Origin: Nitrosococcus oceani ATCC 19707
GTDB lineage: Bacteria > Pseudomonadota > Gammaproteobacteria > Nitrosococcales > Nitrosococcaceae
Length of the DNA: 32,000 nucleotides
Direction of reading: 5' to 3'
NCBI RefSeq assembly: GCF_000012805.1
Contig: NC_007484.1
Location: forward strand, 480,001 to 512,000
A model generated the notes under the pieces. It did no database searches. It worked only from the letters and a program-made list of their open reading frames with translations, and was not told where the DNA came from. The stretch's first letter is position 1; every line of letters starts with the position of its first letter. The translations under genes were made by a program, and so were the position numbers. Below are positions 16,607 through 25,980 of this stretch, one piece after another.

Positions 16607-16663
16607 TCTACCTCCTAGGGTAAAAATATTTAAAACTTGGAATCAGGATTTCTCCCTTTCCGT

Positions 16664-19618
16664 TCACCATTTTCGTTCCGGATAAGCGCCACGGGTTCCT
16701 CGTTGGCCTTCCCGGAGGGCCATCAGCAAAATTTGCGATAAATGCAGCGCAGAACGATCGGTCGTTTGAGTGATTTGTTCCTGACAGGCAAAACCATCGG
16801 TGATAATCAAGGTATCCTTTTCAGCCGCGCGCACGGCTGGCAGCAGTACCCGCTCTCCGATTTTAAGCGATAGCTCATAATGATCCGCCTCGAAGCCAAA
16901 AGGACCCGCCATGCCGCAGCAACCAGAATCCAGCCAATGATACTGAAGTCCCATCCGTTCCAGAATTTGCTTTTCCCCTTCCAGGCCGATCACCGCGTGG
17001 TGGTGGCAATGGGCATGAACCACGGCCTTGCGGTGGAGTAGTGGCGGTTCATAATTTTTCTGTTGGGCTAAAAACTCGCCCAGCATAAAGGTCTGTTGGC
17101 TGATGCGTCGTGCTCGATCATCCTTGGGAAACAGCTTGATTAATTCATCTCTAAAGGCGGCGACGCAGGACGGTTCTAGACCCACGATGGGAACTCCTTG
17201 AGAGACTTCCGGGGTCAGGGCATCGAGCAAGTGGGTGAGCCGCTTTTTGGCTTTATCCAACATGCCCCAGGCATAGAGAGGGCGGCCACAGCAAAGGGCA
17301 GGCGTGGGCACGATCACCTGGAAGCCGCCAGCTTCCAGCACTTCTACGGCAGCCACCAGAATTTCCGGGTGCAAATGGTTGTTAAACGTATCGGGCCACA
17401 GGAGCACCTTATGGCCCCCTGGGTTGCCGGGGCGATGTGGCCGTTGTTGGTACCAGCGTTTAAAGGTCTGAGGCGCAAAGCGGGGTAGCCGCCGTTCCTG
17501 GGCAATACCGGCGGCGAATTTGACTACATGGGAGAAAATAGGGGTTTGAGAGAAAAAATTAACCGCCCAAGGCGCTAGAGCAGCTAACCGGCTCGCCTCA
17601 TAAATCCCGCCCATGGAATAAGCCACCCGCGGCCGCAGCCGGCCTTGAAAATGATGATAGTTAAACTCGGCCTTGTAGGTGGCCATATCCACATCTACTG
17701 GGCAGTCACTAAGGCACCCCTTGCAGGATAGGCAAAGATCCAAGGAATCATAGACCGCTTTGCTTTTCCAGCCTGCCGTTAGGGGCGCATCCTCATGGGT
17801 CATGCCGTAGATCATTTCATAGAGCAAGCGAGCCCGGCCACGGGTGGAATGCATTTCCTCTTTCGTGGCCATGTAGCTCGGGCACATCACGCCCTGGTGG
17901 TTACGACGGCATTCGCCTACCCCCACGCAACGTAAGGAAGCTTTGGAAAAGCTGCCGTCGTCTTCGGAAAAGGCAAAGACGGTCTTGAGCGTAGGGGGGC
18001 GGAAATCAGCGCCCAGCCGTAAATTGGAATCCCGTGGATAAGGATCAACCACCTTGCCTGGATTCATGTGATTTAGCGGGTCCCAGAGGGTCTTAAACTC
18101 TCGGAAGGCTTGGATCAATTCCTCCCCATACATTTTTGGCAGCAGATCGGCGCGGGCTTGGCCATCGCCATGTTCTCCCGACAGGGAGCCGCCGTAGCTC
18201 AAGACCAGATCCGCGGCATCATGGGTGAAGGCTTTAAAATTTTTAATGCCTTCCTTGGTAATAAGATCGAAATCGATCCGGACGTGAATACAACCATCGC
18301 CAAAATGGCCATAGAGGGAACAGTCATAATGGTAGCGTTTCAGCAACTGACGGAAGTCCCGTAGATACGGCCCCACTTTCTCCGGAGAGACAGCGGCATC
18401 CTCCCAGCCGGGCCAGGTATCTTCCTCGCCCCGTAGATGCGCCGTGGCTCCTAAGCCCGCTTTCCGTATTTTCCAAATACGTTCTTCTTCCTCGGGATCA
18501 TCGAAGAGTTTCATATTCGGTGGATTGTCCGATTGCTTAAGAGCCTGCATCAGGCGCTTTGCTTTTTCGTCTGCCTCGGCCTTTGTTTCACCGCCAAACT
18601 CCACGAGCAACCAGCCGCCTCCCTCCGGTAGCAACGCCCGGCCCTTGGGATACATATGCTCTTTTTTCATGTACTTGAGCAGCAGATTGTCCATGCCTTC
18701 CAGCCCTATGGGAGCATACTCGAGAATTTGAGGTATATGATCGCCGGCGGTGTAAACATCGGGGTAACCGAGCACCACCACGGTACGACTAGGGGGACTT
18801 GGAATGAGGCACAGATCAGCTTGGAGCACGGTTACACAGGTGCCTTCAGTGCCTACTACTAAAGCCCGGGCTACGTTAAAACCGTTCTCGGGAAGCAATT
18901 CGTCCAAATTGTAGCCAGAGACTCGACGTGGTATTTTGGGGTAGCGTTGCCGGATCAAGTCGGCGTACTTATCCCGGATCGCTTTCAGGCCCGAATAGAT
19001 TTCACCTCGTCTTCCGCCCGTCCGAATAATCTGTTCCAGTTTCTCTTCCGAAGTAGGACCGACCCACAGGCGCAGACCATCATAGGTGAGGATTTCCAAG
19101 GCGTTGACATTATCGGCGGTGCGGCCAGCCATGATGGAGTGAACGCCGCAGGAGTTGTTGCCGATCATACCCCCTAGGCTGTTATGATCGTGGGTTGAAG
19201 GATCGGGGCCGAAAGTAAGGTGGTGTTGTTCCGCTTCGTCGCGCAGGTCGTCCAGCACGCAGCCGGGCTCCACCCGTGCCCGGCGGCGTTCGGGATCGAG
19301 TTCAAGTACCCGCCGCAAATATTTGGACATATCCATGATGACCGCCGTGTTACAGCATTGCCCCGCCAAACTGGTCCCGCCCCCTCGCGCGAGGACCGGC
19401 GCCTGGTGCTCCCGGCAAACCGCCATGGTTTCGATAATGTCTTCCCGATTTTGAGGAACCACCACACCGATGGGAACTTGGCGGTAGTTGGAGCCATCGG
19501 TAGCGTATAAAGCGCGGCTGCCATGATCAAATCGCACCTCGCCCTGAATTCGCTGGCGCAGGTCGGCTGCCAGTGTTTCCGCGGCTGCCGGGGGGAAATT
19601 ATTCGTTCGGGAAGCCAT
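16664..19618 (-). CDS. Fused FAD-binding (PCMH-type) / 4Fe-4S / CCG-domain oxidoreductase, YdiJ-like
   Basis: About 984 aa from the ATG at 19618 (the track ORF extends to 19675). It has an FAD-binding domain (ARGGGTSLAGQ). A ferredoxin-type cluster motif is present (CLSCKGCLSDCP, plus CVGVGECRR). Two C-terminal Cys-rich GlcF/HdrD-like repeats follow (CCGRP and CCGMAGPFG). Confidence 0.9.
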   Translation of the reverse strand: MASRTNNFPPAAAETLAADLRQRIQGEVRFDHGSRALYATDGSNYRQVPIGVVVPQNREDIIETMAVCREHQAPVLARGGGTSLAGQCCNTAVIMDMSKYLRRVLELDPERRRARVEPGCVLDDLRDEAEQHHLTFGPDPSTHDHNSLGGMIGNNSCGVHSIMAGRTADNVNALEILTYDGLRLWVGPTSEEKLEQIIRTGGRRGEIYSGLKAIRDKYADLIRQRYPKIPRRVSGYNLDELLPENGFNVARALVVGTEGTCVTVLQADLCLIPSPPSRTVVVLGYPDVYTAGDHIPQILEYAPIGLEGMDNLLLKYMKKEHMYPKGRALLPEGGGWLLVEFGGETKAEADEKAKRLMQALKQSDNPPNMKLFDDPEEEERIWKIRKAGLGATAHLRGEEDTWPGWEDAAVSPEKVGPYLRDFRQLLKRYHYDCSLYGHFGDGCIHVRIDFDLITKEGIKNFKAFTHDAADLVLSYGGSLSGEHGDGQARADLLPKMYGEELIQAFREFKTLWDPLNHMNPGKVVDPYPRDSNLRLGADFRPPTLKTVFAFSEDDGSFSKASLRCVGVGECRRNHQGVMCPSYMATKEEMHSTRGRARLLYEMIYGMTHEDAPLTAGWKSKAVYDSLDLCLSCKGCLSDCPVDVDMATYKAEFNYHHFQGRLRPRVAYSMGGIYEASRLAALAPWAVNFFSQTPIFSHVVKFAAGIAQERRLPRFAPQTFKRWYQQRPHRPGNPGGHKVLLWPDTFNNHLHPEILVAAVEVLEAGGFQVIVPTPALCCGRPLYAWGMLDKAKKRLTHLLDALTPEVSQGVPIVGLEPSCVAAFRDELIKLFPKDDRARRISQQTFMLGEFLAQQKNYEPPLLHRKAVVHAHCHHHAVIGLEGEKQILERMGLQYHWLDSGCCGMAGPFGFEADHYELSLKIGERVLLPAVRAAEKDTLIITDGFACQEQITQTTDRSALHLSQILLMALREGQRGTRGAYPERKW

Positions 19619-19818
19619 ACACGTCTGAGGTTCCTTATAATCTATACATCTCTCGCTATCCAAATAATAGTCCAATAGTCCATCGTCATTGTATTATTGT
19701 CTTCTTCCCCGCCATTCAGGATAAGGAGGAGGCGCTGCCTCATCCTACCAGTCCTAGCGGTATGGTTTGATATCAACTAGTATTTAATCAACCCTAGTTA
19801 CAGACAAGGAAAGAATCA

Positions 19819-20790
19819 ATGCTTACCGACCAGCAACTAGGAACCGGTGTTCTGGTTACTCTCGCTCTTTGTCTCGGAGGCGCGGCTTTGCTGCGGTACC
19901 CAACGGTTGCCGCTAGAACGAAAAGGCGTGAGTACTCGGATTGCACATTTTCCCCTGTCGTCAATCCGCAACCAACCATCAGGGCGGCGCGGCGTTTAAA
20001 CCGCGCCGCAGGATTAATTGCGACGTCCGCATTGCTGGACAGCGCGGTTGAGCATTACCGCGGCTCGTTTCAAAACAAAGCGATGTATACGCCGCTGATT
20101 GTCTCGGCATTAACCCTGGCTGTCAGCACCCATGGCACTGCTGATAGCCGTCCCGCGGTGCATAAGGCCCGCGACACCATCTACCTGGCGGCGGCGCTGA
20201 CGGGTTTCATTGGCACCGGTTTTCATATCTACAACGTCAGCAAGCGGCCGGGCGGCTTCTCCTGGCAGAATTTGTTCTATGGCTCACCGTTGGGCGCGCC
20301 CGCCGCCGTTACCCTGTCCGGGCTGCTGGGCTATTACTCGGAACGCTTGCGCGAGAACGGGTCCGGCAAACCGGTCCGGGTTTTTGGCTTACGAGCTGGC
20401 CGCGCCTTGGCGGCGCTCTCCAGCGCCGGCATGGTGGCTACCGCCGCCGAAGCGGGATTGCTGCACTTTCGCGGTGCCTTTCACGATCCGTTCATGTACG
20501 CGCCAGTGACGGCGCCTCCGATGGCGGCAGCGCTGCTGGCTGAAACTGCGGGGAGTCACCCCAAGCCGCCCCGCCGCCTCACCCGCTGGTGGCTACGCCT
20601 AACCGCGCTGATCGGCTTCGCTGGCGCCGGCTTTCACGTCTACGGCGTGTCCCGCAACATGGGCGGTTGGCGCAACTGGCGCCAGAATGTGCTCAATGGC
20701 CCACCCATACCGGCGCCGCCCAGTTTCACGGGTCTCGCTCTCGCTGGCCTCGCCGCGCTTAGCCTGCTGGAGGAGCACGACGATGCCTGA
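19819..20790 (+). CDS. Internally duplicated polytopic membrane protein, family unknown; first gene of the GC-rich trio
   Basis: 323 aa. The two halves align. Half 1 has ALLDSAVEHYRGSFQNKAMYTPL ... LTGFIGTGFHIYNVSKRPGGFSWQNLFYGSPLGAPAAVT. Half 2 has TAAEAGLLHFRGAFHDPFMYAPV ... LIGFAGAGFHVYGVSRNMGGWRNWRQNVLNGPPIPAPPSFT. Its stop overlaps the next gene's ATG (ATGCCTGA, 20783-20790). Confidence 0.7.
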   Translation: MLTDQQLGTGVLVTLALCLGGAALLRYPTVAARTKRREYSDCTFSPVVNPQPTIRAARRLNRAAGLIATSALLDSAVEHYRGSFQNKAMYTPLIVSALTLAVSTHGTADSRPAVHKARDTIYLAAALTGFIGTGFHIYNVSKRPGGFSWQNLFYGSPLGAPAAVTLSGLLGYYSERLRENGSGKPVRVFGLRAGRALAALSSAGMVATAAEAGLLHFRGAFHDPFMYAPVTAPPMAAALLAETAGSHPKPPRRLTRWWLRLTALIGFAGAGFHVYGVSRNMGGWRNWRQNVLNGPPIPAPPSFTGLALAGLAALSLLEEHDDA

Positions 20791-21424
20791 CCGCTATCCC
20801 GGCTACGACGTGCTTGCCAAGCGCAACACGCCCTCCTGGAACGAGCCGACCCGCCGCGTGATTGCCGCGCGCCTCGCTACGCCGGACGAGCCGCGTTTTT
20901 TCAATGCTGAGGAATGGCAAACGCTAACCGCGCTCTGCGCTCGCATCGTGCCGCAGCCGAAGAGCAGAGCGCCGGTTCCCATTGCTGCTCTGGTGGACCG
21001 CAAAATGGCTAATGACGAACGCGATGGCTACCGTCAAGCCAATATGCCGAAAATGCAGGAAGCTTGGCAACGAGGACTCGCCGCGCTGGACGCGATGGCG
21101 GTGGCGAAGCACAATCAACGTTTCCACGGGCTCGTCGCCATGGACCAGGACACACTGCTGAAGGCGATGCAGGCCGGCAAGCTCGGCGGTCCAGAATGGG
21201 GCGGTATGCCGGCGGATACATTCTTCTCCACCCGCGTCGCCCACGACATCCTTTCTGCCTATTATTCCCATCCGGCTTCCTGGAACGAAATCGGTTTCGG
21301 CGGCCCGGCGAGCCCCCGCGGCTATGTGCGGATGTACTACAATCGCCGCGATCCGTGGGAAGCAGTAGAGGCCAAGCCGGGCGAAGAAGCCAAAGCGCGC
21401 AAGGCCAACGAACGTGTCGGATGA
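20783..21424 (+). CDS. Gluconate 2-dehydrogenase subunit 3 (gamma)-like protein
   Basis: 213 aa from the ATG at 20783 (the track ORF starts earlier, at 20687). FFNAEEWQTLTALCARIVPQ is the family's hallmark N-terminal helix. It is translationally coupled on both sides. Confidence 0.75.
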   Translation: MPDRYPGYDVLAKRNTPSWNEPTRRVIAARLATPDEPRFFNAEEWQTLTALCARIVPQPKSRAPVPIAALVDRKMANDERDGYRQANMPKMQEAWQRGLAALDAMAVAKHNQRFHGLVAMDQDTLLKAMQAGKLGGPEWGGMPADTFFSTRVAHDILSAYYSHPASWNEIGFGGPASPRGYVRMYYNRRDPWEAVEAKPGEEAKARKANERVG

Positions 21425-23060
21425 CGCCTTGCATGTGCCGCGCGGCAAGGACGGGCGCGCCCCCGATCCCCTGCGGGTCGGCGGTTGGGTGCCGATGCGA
21501 CAATTCGGTGAGAATGAGGAAGTGGATTTCGCCATTATCGGCACCGGCGCCGGCGGCGGCACGTTGGCGGCCAAGCTGGCCGAAGCGGGCTTTTCGGTCA
21601 TCGGTTTCGATGCCGGCGCATGGTGGCGGCCCCTTGAAGAATTTGCCTCCGACGAAACCCACCAAGGCAAACTCTATTGGACCGACGAGCGCCTTTGCGA
21701 CGGCGATAATCCGCTGACGCTCGGCAGCAATAATAGCGGCAAGGCGGTTGGCGGCTCAACGGTGCATTTTGCAATGGTGTCGCTGCGCATGCGTCCTGAG
21801 CGGTTCAAGTCGCGCACCCTGCTCGGCTATGGCGCTGACTGGCCGCTCGACTGGCGCGAGATGTGGCATTATTACACCGAAGTCGAGCAGGCGCTGAAAA
21901 TAGCCGGGCCGGTGACTTATCCCTGGGGTCCGCCGCGGCCACGTTATCCGTACCGCGCGCACGAGATTAATGCTGCCGGCTGGGTGCTGGCGAAAAGCTG
22001 TGAGGCGATGGGTATTCCCTGGTCGGAGACACCGCTTGCGACCGTATCCGCCCCGCGCGGCCGCTCGCATCCGTGCGTCTATCGTGGCTTCTGTGTGACG
22101 GGCTGTTCCACCAACGCCAAGCAGAGCGCGCTGATCACTTGGATTCCCCGCGCCGTAAAAGCCGGTGCGGAGATCAGGGATCTAGCGATGGTTGGGCGTA
22201 TTGAAACCAATGACGCCGGGCGTGCCACCGGTGTGCATTATTACCGCGAAGGCGCTTGGCGCTTCCAGCGCGCGCGCAATGTCGTAGTCGCAGGTTATGG
22301 GATTGAAACTCCAAGGCTGCTGCTGAATTCGGCAAACGCGCGTTACCCCGATGGATTAGCGAACAGCTCCGGGCTGGTTGGTAAGTATCTCATGGCGCAG
22401 ACCAACCAGGGCGTCTTTGGCGTGATGGAGGATGAGATCCGCTGGTACAAGGGACCGCCTTCTCTGACCCTGACGGAGCATTGGAACTACACCGATGAGG
22501 GCAAGGATTTTTTCGGCGGTTACGCCTACATGGCTCAAGGTCCGTTGCCACAAGCCTGGGCTGCGACGCAGGCTGGCAATCGCGGCCTGTGGGGCGATGC
22601 GCTGCTGCGCGAGATGGAAAAATATAATCACCAGGCGGGGCTTAAGATCGTCGGCGAAGTGCTGCCGCAGGAGCGCAACTGCGTCACTCTTGCCGACGAA
22701 AAGGATCAATACGGATTGCCTCTCGCGCGGGTAACCTACTCGCTTTGCGACAATGACCAGGCGCTGGTGAAACACGCGGTCGATTTCATGTCCCAAAGCC
22801 TCGCCGCAATCGGTGCCGGCGACATCTGGGCCGAGAGCGACGACACCTGCCATCTAGGGGGCACTGCACGCATGGGCGACGATCCGCGCAGCAGCGTCAT
22901 CGACGCTGACTGTCGCTCGTGGGACATTCCCAATTTGTGGGTCTGCGACGGCTCGGTGTTTCCGGTCGTCGGCGGTGTCAATCCATCGCTGACCATCCAG
23001 GCCATTGCCTGCCGCACTGCTGATCGAATTCGGGCGATGGCGGCGCAAGGCACGCTTTGA
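21414..23060 (+). CDS. GMC-family FAD-dependent oxidoreductase (large dehydrogenase subunit)
   Basis: 548 aa. DFAIIGTGAGGGTLAAKLAEAGFSVIGFDAG is the Rossmann GxGxxG. The GMC C-terminal block is HLGGTARMGDDP..SVID.DCRSWDIPNLWVCDGSVFP...GVNP.LTIQA.A.R. The GTG start overlaps the upstream stop. Confidence 0.9.
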   Translation: MSDDALHVPRGKDGRAPDPLRVGGWVPMRQFGENEEVDFAIIGTGAGGGTLAAKLAEAGFSVIGFDAGAWWRPLEEFASDETHQGKLYWTDERLCDGDNPLTLGSNNSGKAVGGSTVHFAMVSLRMRPERFKSRTLLGYGADWPLDWREMWHYYTEVEQALKIAGPVTYPWGPPRPRYPYRAHEINAAGWVLAKSCEAMGIPWSETPLATVSAPRGRSHPCVYRGFCVTGCSTNAKQSALITWIPRAVKAGAEIRDLAMVGRIETNDAGRATGVHYYREGAWRFQRARNVVVAGYGIETPRLLLNSANARYPDGLANSSGLVGKYLMAQTNQGVFGVMEDEIRWYKGPPSLTLTEHWNYTDEGKDFFGGYAYMAQGPLPQAWAATQAGNRGLWGDALLREMEKYNHQAGLKIVGEVLPQERNCVTLADEKDQYGLPLARVTYSLCDNDQALVKHAVDFMSQSLAAIGAGDIWAESDDTCHLGGTARMGDDPRSSVIDADCRSWDIPNLWVCDGSVFPVVGGVNPSLTIQAIACRTADRIRAMAAQGTL

Positions 23061-23142
23061 ATTTGGGCGTCCTTTCTCTCAGGGGACGCTAGAAAAGCTA
23101 CCCGTCAGCAAGCCCAATGAATTTTAGTGGCAATACTACATA

Positions 23143-24471
23143 ATGAATAAACTGACTTATCTATGGGAAGCTCTACGCGAAAGCTTGTGGTTCATCCCGA
23201 TGTGTATTGTCATCGGTGCAGTCCTCCTTGCATTGGGGCTGATCGAGCTAGAGGCGGCTGTAGAACGCGAGCAGCTGGCAGAGCATTGGCCCACACTATT
23301 CGGAGTTGGAGCGGATGGCTCGCGCGCGCTGCTTTCAGCGATCGCCAGCTCCATGATCACCGTTGCTGGCGTTACCTTTTCGATCACGGTCGTCGCTCTG
23401 TCTTTGGCCTCGAGTCAGTATACGTCACGCATCTTACGAAATTTTATGCGGAATCGGAGCAACCAAGCAGTCCTCGGCGTCTTTGTGGGCGTCTTTGCTT
23501 ATTGTCTCGTGGTGCTGCGGACGATTCGCGGTGGCGATCAAGGGGTATTTGTCCCGGGATTAGCGGTACTCGGTGCCCTACTGCTGGCATTCGTAGCCAT
23601 CAGCTTTCTCATCTTTTTCATCCATCATATTGCCACCTCAATTCAAGCTACAAGTATTATTAAGTCGGCAGCCACAGAGACTCTTGAAGCCATTGACCGT
23701 TTGTTCCCCACGGAGATAGGTGAGGCCACCGCCGAGCATGTGGGTAATGCTCCAGGAGCAAGAGTGGACTTGGCGGCCCAGGCGTGGATAACTATCCCCG
23801 CTCAACAATCTGGCTATATTCAAGGGATCGACGCCGATGCCCTGCTTCACGTCGCCTGCGCTCAGGACATCATCGTGCGGATGGAAAAGGAAATTGGCGA
23901 GTTCGTCATCGAAGCTTCCCCCCTTGTGTCCGTAACTGGCAAGTCGCCAGGTGATGAGACCATTTGGGAGCTGAACGCAGCCTACACGATAGACTGGCGC
24001 CGCGCGGTGGAGCAGGACGCGACCTACGGTATCCAACAGATCGTGGATGTGGCGCTCAAGGCGCTGTCACCCGGCATCAACGACACCACCACCGCAATTA
24101 TTTGTGTTGACTTCCTAGGGATGATTCTTGCACGTCTCATCGCCCGGCACATTGAAACACCCTACCACTCTGATAACGGGCAGCTACGTCTCATTACTCG
24201 CGGTCCCACTTTTTCTAATTTACTATCCCAAGCCTTTGATCAAATTCGCCGGAACGCCGAAGGTAATGTTGCCGTCCTCATTCGGCTTCTTCAGAGTCTG
24301 GAAACGCTTACCAAGTTAACGGTGAACGTACAACGGCATCAGGCGCTCCGTCAACAAGCCGCTCTCATCATTGAAACAGCCGAGCGTACTGTCCCCATGG
24401 CCTATGATCGCATGCCCATTCAAGCAATCCGAGATCGCATCTTTCCACTGCCGGCCGATGAAAGCCGGTAA
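23143..24471 (+). CDS. DUF2254-family membrane protein
   Basis: 442 aa. The N-terminal region has about 4 TM helices (LRESLWFIPMCIVIGAVLLALGL...). A large soluble C-terminal domain follows, a pattern typical of DUF2254. Confidence 0.8.
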   Translation: MNKLTYLWEALRESLWFIPMCIVIGAVLLALGLIELEAAVEREQLAEHWPTLFGVGADGSRALLSAIASSMITVAGVTFSITVVALSLASSQYTSRILRNFMRNRSNQAVLGVFVGVFAYCLVVLRTIRGGDQGVFVPGLAVLGALLLAFVAISFLIFFIHHIATSIQATSIIKSAATETLEAIDRLFPTEIGEATAEHVGNAPGARVDLAAQAWITIPAQQSGYIQGIDADALLHVACAQDIIVRMEKEIGEFVIEASPLVSVTGKSPGDETIWELNAAYTIDWRRAVEQDATYGIQQIVDVALKALSPGINDTTTAIICVDFLGMILARLIARHIETPYHSDNGQLRLITRGPTFSNLLSQAFDQIRRNAEGNVAVLIRLLQSLETLTKLTVNVQRHQALRQQAALIIETAERTVPMAYDRMPIQAIRDRIFPLPADESR

Positions 24472-24874
24472 AAGCACCCATAAATCATCAGCATATAGCT
24501 AATTGGAATCTCGCAGCAACGCTACACGATGGACAATACCAGAGAGATAAACTCAACCCTTTCAGGGCTAAGATTTTCTGTTAAATGGGGCAAATCATCC
24601 ATTTCCAGGATCAACCGATCAGCTAGCGGAGTATTGGCTTTTAAATGTGCCAGAACGAGGCGCCCGCCAAGCCGTTCGTAGCCGAGCAATTTGATATGCG
24701 GCGGCCCTGGATATTCTGTCTGAAGCGCCACTACGTTCACGCGTACGCCGGGCGCATGATCGAGACGCGCCTCCCGGACTGCTGCCAATAACAATCAGAT
24801 TATAATGGTCAATCATCATTGTAAGGAGTGCATGGACGCACGACGACCACCTACAGTTGCCTAAAAGTTTAGGC

Positions 24875-25978
24875 TTAAACCGCATACTGGACGGCATCCG
24901 CCTCCCGTAACTCTAGGCCCAATCCAGGACGGGAAGTATCCGGCTGGAGGGCGCCGTTTACGGGTTTAAGAACGCCGTCGAAGAACATCGCTTCAATGCG
25001 GACATGATCGTGGAAATACTCCAGGGGGCGGATATGGGGGAGCGCGCAGACAGGATGGGCGTGGAGGGAAGGCGCTGTATGGGCGGAAAGGGGAATCCCA
25101 TAGCCCTGGCAAAGGGCGCTGGCCGCCATAAAGCCGGTGATGCCGGCGCAGCGGGTGGCGTCCGCTTGCAGCACGTCCACCGCGCCAGCAGCCAACATAC
25201 GGCGGAAGTAATACTGATCATAGCCGTACTCTCCGGCGGCGATATCCATCCCGGCTGGACCCCGGTCGCGAAGCAAGCGAAGGCCCTCCAGATCATCAGA
25301 TGAAACCGGTTCTTCAAACCACGTGACCCTGTATTTGGTAAAGGAGTCGGCTAGGGCCAGCGCCTGTTTACGCCCATAGGCGCCATTGCCATCCACAAAC
25401 AACGCCACCCCCTCACCGATAGCCTCCCGTGCAAGCTGTACCCGTTTCGGGTCCTGCTCCGGATCGCTTCCTACTTTCATTTTGACCGCCTGAATCCCCT
25501 CGTTTGCCCAGCCGCCCAGTTGTTGCTGAAGCTGTTCAGGGGAATAACTGGTAAAGCCGCCGCTGCCATAAACCGGCGCCTCCGCCCGCGCCGCGCCCAG
25601 CAGGGTGACCAAAGGCAAATCAAGGAGACGGGCTTTCAGATCCCACAGGGCGGTATCCACGGCGGCAATGGCCATGGAGCAGATGCCGGGCCGGCCCAGG
25701 TTACGGATGGCTTTCACCATGGCTTGCCATCTGCCGGCAATGGCCATGGCATCCTGGCCGATGACCGTTTTGCGGAGTTGATTATCAATTAAAACCGCTA
25801 CCGCCTTACTTCCGTAGGAGTAACCCAGTCCTGCTTTACCGCCGCCATGGAGTTTGACCACGATGATGGTTGTTGAATCCCAGCCCAGCGTTCCATCCGC
25901 CTCGGGAAAATCGGTAGGAATCTGGTAAGCGGAAACTTCCAATTTTTCGACGGGAACTTCAAGGCTCCGGGCGTTCAT
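24875..25978 (-). CDS. Enolase-superfamily enzyme, mandelate-racemase subgroup
   Basis: 367 aa. It has the KxK motif (AVKMKVG) and metal ligands in LFVDGNGAY, WFEEPV and DIAAGEY. DVLQAD and SAHTA are consistent with the Asp-His dyad of the MR subgroup. The start lies 2 nt after the upstream TPP-enzyme stop. Confidence 0.9.
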   Translation of the reverse strand: MNARSLEVPVEKLEVSAYQIPTDFPEADGTLGWDSTTIIVVKLHGGGKAGLGYSYGSKAVAVLIDNQLRKTVIGQDAMAIAGRWQAMVKAIRNLGRPGICSMAIAAVDTALWDLKARLLDLPLVTLLGAARAEAPVYGSGGFTSYSPEQLQQQLGGWANEGIQAVKMKVGSDPEQDPKRVQLAREAIGEGVALFVDGNGAYGRKQALALADSFTKYRVTWFEEPVSSDDLEGLRLLRDRGPAGMDIAAGEYGYDQYYFRRMLAAGAVDVLQADATRCAGITGFMAASALCQGYGIPLSAHTAPSLHAHPVCALPHIRPLEYFHDHVRIEAMFFDGVLKPVNGALQPDTSRPGLGLELREADAVQYAV

Positions 25979-25980
25979 CG

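Noticed and set aside
20924-21717. Long track ORFs 20924..21670 (-), 21009..21665 (-) and 21064..21717 (+), of 217-248 aa.
   Set aside because: All three overlap the well-supported subunit-3-like and GMC genes. Their products are Arg/Pro/Gly/Ala-rich with no motifs. They are typical open-frame artefacts of GC-rich DNA.
23067-23091. GCGTCC/GGACGC hairpin after the GMC gene, as a possible terminator.
   Set aside because: The stem is only 6-7 bp with an 11-nt loop and no following U-tract.
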